Below the pieces are notes generated by a model, which saw only the letters and a list, made by a program, of their open reading frames with translations, did no database searches and was not told the DNA's origin. A DNA stretch of 64,000 bases from Candidatus Improbicoccus pseudotrichonymphae (lineage in GTDB: Bacteria > Bacillota > Clostridia > Oscillospirales > Acutalibacteraceae): assembly GCA_036322855.1 (NCBI GenBank), contig AP027924.1, forward strand, positions 61,361 through 125,360. The letters run 5' to 3'. Position 1 is the stretch's first letter, and every line of letters begins with the position of its first letter. Both the position numbers and the translations under genes were made by a program. Below, in pieces: positions 59,920 to 64,000 of the stretch.

Positions 59920-60677
59920 TGATTGATTTAAAAAACTCCGAAGAAATAAAAATAATGCGACAAGCTGGAAGAATTTCTGCTCTTGCCTTGCGTGCTGTCG
60001 GAGAAGCTATTAGGCCTGGTATTTCCACAATGGAGTTAGATATAATTGCCAAAGAATTTATAAAAAAAAGCAATGGTGTACCTTCTTTTTTAAATTTTTT
60101 GGATTATCCTGCCACTACTTGTATTTCAATAAACGAAGAGATAGTTCATGGAATTCCTGATAAGAATAAAATTTTAAAAGAAGGAGATATCGTGAGTGTG
60201 GATGTTGGCGCCTGCTACAAAGGGTACCACGGCGATAATGCTCGTACATTTCCGTGTGGTGTGATAAGTGAAGAGGCTAGCCGATTGCTTAAAATCACCG
60301 AAGATAGTTTATATTTTGCCATAGATTTCATCAGCAAAAATAAAGATATCACCACCGGAGATTTGGGATTTGCGGTGCAAAATTTTATAGAATCTAATGA
60401 TGGTTATGGAGTTGTCAAAAATTATACAGGGCACGGTATCGGTAGAAGTATTCACGAAACACCGAGAATACCGAATTATGGGAACCCTGGTGAAGGTGTT
60501 AATATTGTCAGCGGTATGACCATAGCGGTAGAACCTATGGTCACCATAGGGTCTCCGGATTACAAAGTTCTTGATGATAAATGGACGGTCGTTACATTGA
60601 GCGGTAATCTTTCCGCTCACTTTGAACACACAATCGCCGTTACAGACAGCGGTGTGGAAATTTTAACTTTGGAGTAA
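59919..60677 (+). CDS. map: type I methionine aminopeptidase
   Basis: VDVGA..GYHGD, GHGIG, EPM metal-ligand pattern. Confidence 0.92.
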   Translation: MIDLKNSEEIKIMRQAGRISALALRAVGEAIRPGISTMELDIIAKEFIKKSNGVPSFLNFLDYPATTCISINEEIVHGIPDKNKILKEGDIVSVDVGACYKGYHGDNARTFPCGVISEEASRLLKITEDSLYFAIDFISKNKDITTGDLGFAVQNFIESNDGYGVVKNYTGHGIGRSIHETPRIPNYGNPGEGVNIVSGMTIAVEPMVTIGSPDYKVLDDKWTVVTLSGNLSAHFEHTIAVTDSGVEILTLE

Positions 60678-60777
60678 TTTCTAAAAATTTGACTAATAAA
60701 ATTTTATGTGAATAATAAATTTATGTGAGAAAGTTTTAGTTTTTTATAAATAAAGAATAATGATAATGGGTGTTTCT

Positions 60778-61017
60778 ATGGCAAAAGATAATTTGATCGA
60801 AATGGAAGGAAAAGTTGTTAAAATTTTACCTAATGCATGCTTTGAGGTTGAATTACTTTTGAATGGCAGTGAAGAAAAGAGAGTGGTTTTATGTACTTTA
60901 TCCGGAAAATTAAGAATGAATAATATTAGGGTGCTGCTTGGTGATTCGGTGAAAGTGGAGGTTTCTACTTATGGTTTAACAAGAGGAAGGATTATATGGC
61001 GTTCTAAAAATAAGTAG
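60778..61017 (+). CDS. infA: translation initiation factor IF-1
   Basis: [41 protein letters not shown]. Confidence 0.9.
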   Translation: MAKDNLIEMEGKVVKILPNACFEVELLLNGSEEKRVVLCTLSGKLRMNNIRVLLGDSVKVEVSTYGLTRGRIIWRSKNK

Positions 61018-61118
61018 GTTTTTTTAAAAAATTTGTATTTTGTGGTTAAATAGTATTGACACATGGTTTATTTAGTTGTAGACTTCAGCGGTATTGATTT
61101 TTTGATTTGGTGGTTCTT

Positions 61119-61232
61119 ATGAAAGTTAGGCCTTCTGTTAAGAAGATTTGTAATAAGTGCAAAATAATTAAAAGAAAAGGCGTAATAAGAGTAATTTGCG
61201 AGAACGCAAAACATAAACAAAGGCAAGGCTAA
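61119..61232 (+). CDS. rpmJ: 50S ribosomal protein L36
   Basis: Not in the ORF track (37 aa): [37 protein letters not shown]. Confidence 0.9.
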   Translation: MKVRPSVKKICNKCKIIKRKGVIRVICENAKHKQRQG

Positions 61233-61260
61233 ATCTTATTTTACGGAGTTGATGGAGTTT

Positions 61261-61638
61261 ATGGCGCGAATTTCAGGTATAGATTTGCCCGAACATAAGC
61301 GTGTTGAAATTGGTTTGACATATATATATGGCGTGGGATTGACTTTATCTTCAAAGATATTGAAAAGTGTCGGTATAGATAGCAATATGCGGGTGAAGAA
61401 TTTGACCGAAGAGGATATTGCTAGAATTAGAGAATATATAGACAAAAACTGTAAAGTAGAGGGTGATTTACGCAGGGAAATTGCTCTTAATATAAAACGG
61501 TTGTCAGAAATTAAGTCTTATAGAGGTCTTAGACATAAAAAAAGTCTACCGGTGAGAGGTCAGCGTACCAAAACAAACGCCAGAACACGAAAAGGGCCTA
61601 GGAAGACGATGGCGAATAAAAAAAAGGAAAAAAAGTAG
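61261..61638 (+). CDS. rpsM: 30S ribosomal protein S13
   Basis: [26 protein letters not shown]. Confidence 0.93.
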   Translation: MARISGIDLPEHKRVEIGLTYIYGVGLTLSSKILKSVGIDSNMRVKNLTEEDIARIREYIDKNCKVEGDLRREIALNIKRLSEIKSYRGLRHKKSLPVRGQRTKTNARTRKGPRKTMANKKKEKK

Positions 61639-61672
61639 TTTCATAATAAATAATATATAGGAGTTTAGGTGT

Positions 61673-62071
61673 ATGTCCGGAAAATTTAAACAAAAACGTC
61701 AAAATTCTAAGAAAGACCGAAGATGTGCGGATAAGGGCTTAGCTTTCATACAGGCTACCTTTAACAATACAATAGTTACTGTTACTGATTGTGGTGGAAA
61801 TGCAGTTTCTTGGTCGAGCGCTGGTTCTTTAGGTTTTAAAGGTTCGAAAAAATCGACTCCCTTTGCTGCTCAGTTAATAGCAGAGAATGCGGCGAAAAAG
61901 GCTTATGATTGTGGCATGAGATCCGTTGAAGTTTTTGTTAAGGGTCCTGGTTCCGGAAGGGAAGCTGCCATAAGAGCTCTTCAAACGACGGGTTTGGAAG
62001 TAAAAATGATAAAAGACGCGACACCGATTCCGCATAATGGTTGTCGTCCTTCGAAGCGTCGTAGAGTTTAG
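61673..62071 (+). CDS. rpsK: 30S ribosomal protein S11
   Basis: [24 protein letters not shown]. Confidence 0.93.
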   Translation: MSGKFKQKRQNSKKDRRCADKGLAFIQATFNNTIVTVTDCGGNAVSWSSAGSLGFKGSKKSTPFAAQLIAENAAKKAYDCGMRSVEVFVKGPGSGREAAIRALQTTGLEVKMIKDATPIPHNGCRPSKRRRV

Positions 62072-62100
62072 TAAAATATTAAAAGAGGTGTGGAAACATA

Positions 62101-62733
62101 TTGGCCAGATATTTGGGTTCATCGTGCAGATTATGTAGAGCAGAAGAAGAGAAGTTATTTCTGAAAGGTTCAAGGTGTTATTCGACTAAGTGCAGTATGA
62201 CTAGGCGCTCGGGTTTGCCGGGTCAACATGGTCAGAATAGAAGGAAGGTTTCGGAATATGCACGTCAGTTAAGAGCAAAGCAAAAGGCGAGACGTTATTA
62301 TGGTGTTTTAGAAAAACAATTTAGGCACTATTATGATTTAGCATTAAAATTTAAAGAAGGCAAAACCGGAGAGAATATGCTTTCGATGCTGGAGTCCCGC
62401 CTTGATAGTGTTGTTTATCAATTACATTGGGGACAATCAAAAGCTCACGCAAGGCAACTTGTGTTGCATGGACATTTTTTGATAAATGAGAAAAGAATAA
62501 ATATACCTTCTTATTTGGTTCAGATAGGAGATATTGTTTCGTTGTCTGAAAAAGGAAAAAAATCCGAACCACTACGTAATTTAATTTCATCTAATTTGTC
62601 GCAAAAACCTCCTAAGTGGATTGAATTTTGCGACGGAGAACATTTTAAAGCAAAGAAGATTTTTAAGCCGCAAATGGAAGATATAGGTTTGGAATTTGAT
62701 GAGACTTTAATAGTAGAACTCTTTTCTAAATAG
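62101..62733 (+). CDS. rpsD: 30S ribosomal protein S4
   Basis: MARYLGSSCRLCR.., S4 RNA-binding domain; TTG start. Confidence 0.92.
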   Translation: MARYLGSSCRLCRAEEEKLFLKGSRCYSTKCSMTRRSGLPGQHGQNRRKVSEYARQLRAKQKARRYYGVLEKQFRHYYDLALKFKEGKTGENMLSMLESRLDSVVYQLHWGQSKAHARQLVLHGHFLINEKRINIPSYLVQIGDIVSLSEKGKKSEPLRNLISSNLSQKPPKWIEFCDGEHFKAKKIFKPQMEDIGLEFDETLIVELFSK

Positions 62734-62760
62734 TAAGTTTGTTTTTATCGGGAGGATTTA

Positions 62761-63735
62761 ATGTCAGGGGAAATGCCTAAAATAAAAGTATTGGAAGAAT
62801 CTGAAAATGGCGAATTCGCAAAATTGGAAATCGAACCGCTCGCAAGGGGTTTTGGTAACAGTTTGGGAAATAGTTTGAGGCGTGTTTTGTTGTCGGTTTT
62901 GCCAGGGGTGGCGCCGTATTCTGTCAAAATAAACGGTGTAATGCATGAATTTTCTACAGTTCCGGGTGTCAAAGAAGATGTAACTGATTTGATATTAAAC
63001 ATAAAGGGTATAATCGCCAAATTTGAAGGTGTGGATAAAAAAACGGTTTTGTTGAAAGTTAATGGTCCAACAAATGTTACTGCCGGGATGATTGAGCAAG
63101 ACGCGGAATTTGAGATTATTAATAAAGATTTGCACATCGCAACTTTGGATGAAGGTCATAGTTTAGATATGGAGTTAACTTTTAATTCCGGCGTTGGTTA
63201 TGTTTCGGCAGAACAAAATCGTTCTTTTGCCAGAGATTTTGGTTTGGGAACCATCGCTGTAGATTCTATTTACACTCCGGTTAAAAAAGTTAATATATAT
63301 GTTAGTAACACAAGAGTTGGCAGATTTATCGATTTTGATAAATTGACGATTGAAATATGGACCAATGAAGTTTTGAGTGCGAAAGAAGCCGTAAGTCTAG
63401 CTGCTTTGAAACTGATTAAGCATTATGAACTTTTTTCTTCTTTGTCAGATTTGTCGCCTGAAATTTCTGAAGTTTTACAAATCGATATTCCGAAAGAGGA
63501 TATCGAAGATAAAAGCATAGACGACATGGGATTATCGGTTAGAACGCATAATTCACTCAGACGTGCCGGCATTCAAACTCTAAGGGAAATTATTGCTATG
63601 CCAATTGGGGGGATATCAAAAATAAGAAATTTGGGTAAGAAGTCTTTTGATGAGCTTATGTTTAAATTACAAGAGTATGGTTATGATCTTCCTACAGATT
63701 CTTCACTTACTCCATTTCTTTCCATTAAAAATTAA
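62761..63735 (+). CDS. rpoA: DNA-directed RNA polymerase subunit alpha
   Basis: GNSLRRVLLS, C-terminal domain LSVRTHNSLRRAGI. Confidence 0.93.
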   Translation: MSGEMPKIKVLEESENGEFAKLEIEPLARGFGNSLGNSLRRVLLSVLPGVAPYSVKINGVMHEFSTVPGVKEDVTDLILNIKGIIAKFEGVDKKTVLLKVNGPTNVTAGMIEQDAEFEIINKDLHIATLDEGHSLDMELTFNSGVGYVSAEQNRSFARDFGLGTIAVDSIYTPVKKVNIYVSNTRVGRFIDFDKLTIEIWTNEVLSAKEAVSLAALKLIKHYELFSSLSDLSPEISEVLQIDIPKEDIEDKSIDDMGLSVRTHNSLRRAGIQTLREIIAMPIGGISKIRNLGKKSFDELMFKLQEYGYDLPTDSSLTPFLSIKN

Positions 63736-63755
63736 TTTTAAAAGAGGTGTAAAAA

Positions 63756-64000
63756 GTGTATTTGAGAAAATTAAACAAAAAAACTGATCATCGTATTTCG
63801 ATGTTGAAGACTATGTTTACCGAACTTTTGGAATGTGGTGAGATTAAAACGACGTTAAGCAAGGCGCGTGAGATTAGTTGTTACACCGAGGGAATTATTT
63901 CAAAAGTTAAAGATGATTCGCTCAGCACAAAGCGTAGGCTTTTCAGTATTATAAGGAAGCGCGAAATTGTTAATAAGTTGTTATCGAATATAAAACCTGA
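63756..64000 (+). CDS. rplQ: 50S ribosomal protein L17 (3' end beyond window)
   Basis: GTG start after AGAGGTG; LRKLNKKTDHRISMLKTM..; follows rpoA. Confidence 0.85.
   Translation, partial: MYLRKLNKKTDHRISMLKTMFTELLECGEIKTTLSKAREISCYTEGIISKVKDDSLSTKRRLFSIIRKREIVNKLLSNIKP

Overview
AT-rich bacterial window (under about 30% G+C by eye) with Firmicutes/Clostridia-like gene order. Core genes: two M16 peptidases, ackA, dnaX-ybaB, trmD, a SpoIIM-like gene, ecfT-truA, tig-clpP-clpX, pgk, and a complete S10-spc-alpha ribosomal operon (rpsJ to rplQ, 48.7-64 kb). A Rickettsia/Chlamydia-type ATP/ADP translocase is also present. Three accessory regions interrupt the core. (1) 7.6-9.8 kb holds a double-glycine-leader peptide gene, IS630 debris and an orphan G+C-rich PAAR-like DUF4280 gene. 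(2) 10.7-19.6 kb is a decayed integrative element between tRNA-Ser and tRNA-Glu. It carries a TndX-like large serine recombinase and inverted, near-identical copies of phage tail genes around an IS5-family element. (3) 19.6-37.8 kb plus 46.0-48.3 kb is an island dominated by a seven-member gene family. The main finding is this family. Six members share a portable 5' module: a near-consensus extended -10 promoter, a strong SD, a conserved leader mini-ORF (MKNxFIKSLMNSLNS...), a simple-sequence repeat, and then a conserved signal peptide. The repeat is (GA)9-17, or (AAGA)7 in one copy. Behind the module come an acidic low-complexity spacer, a TM helix and unrelated C-terminal bodies. Tract length plus small linker indels put the leader ORF in three different registers relative to the main ATG, which looks like a slipped-strand translational switch. 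Four loci also carry a conserved three-hairpin element upstream of the promoter, with compensatory substitutions and strand-specific G:T pairs. An orphan pair of contractile-injection/phage baseplate genes sits inside the island. All calls come from reading the sequence and ORF translations and from remembered family motifs. No searches were run, and start codons and element ends are approximate.
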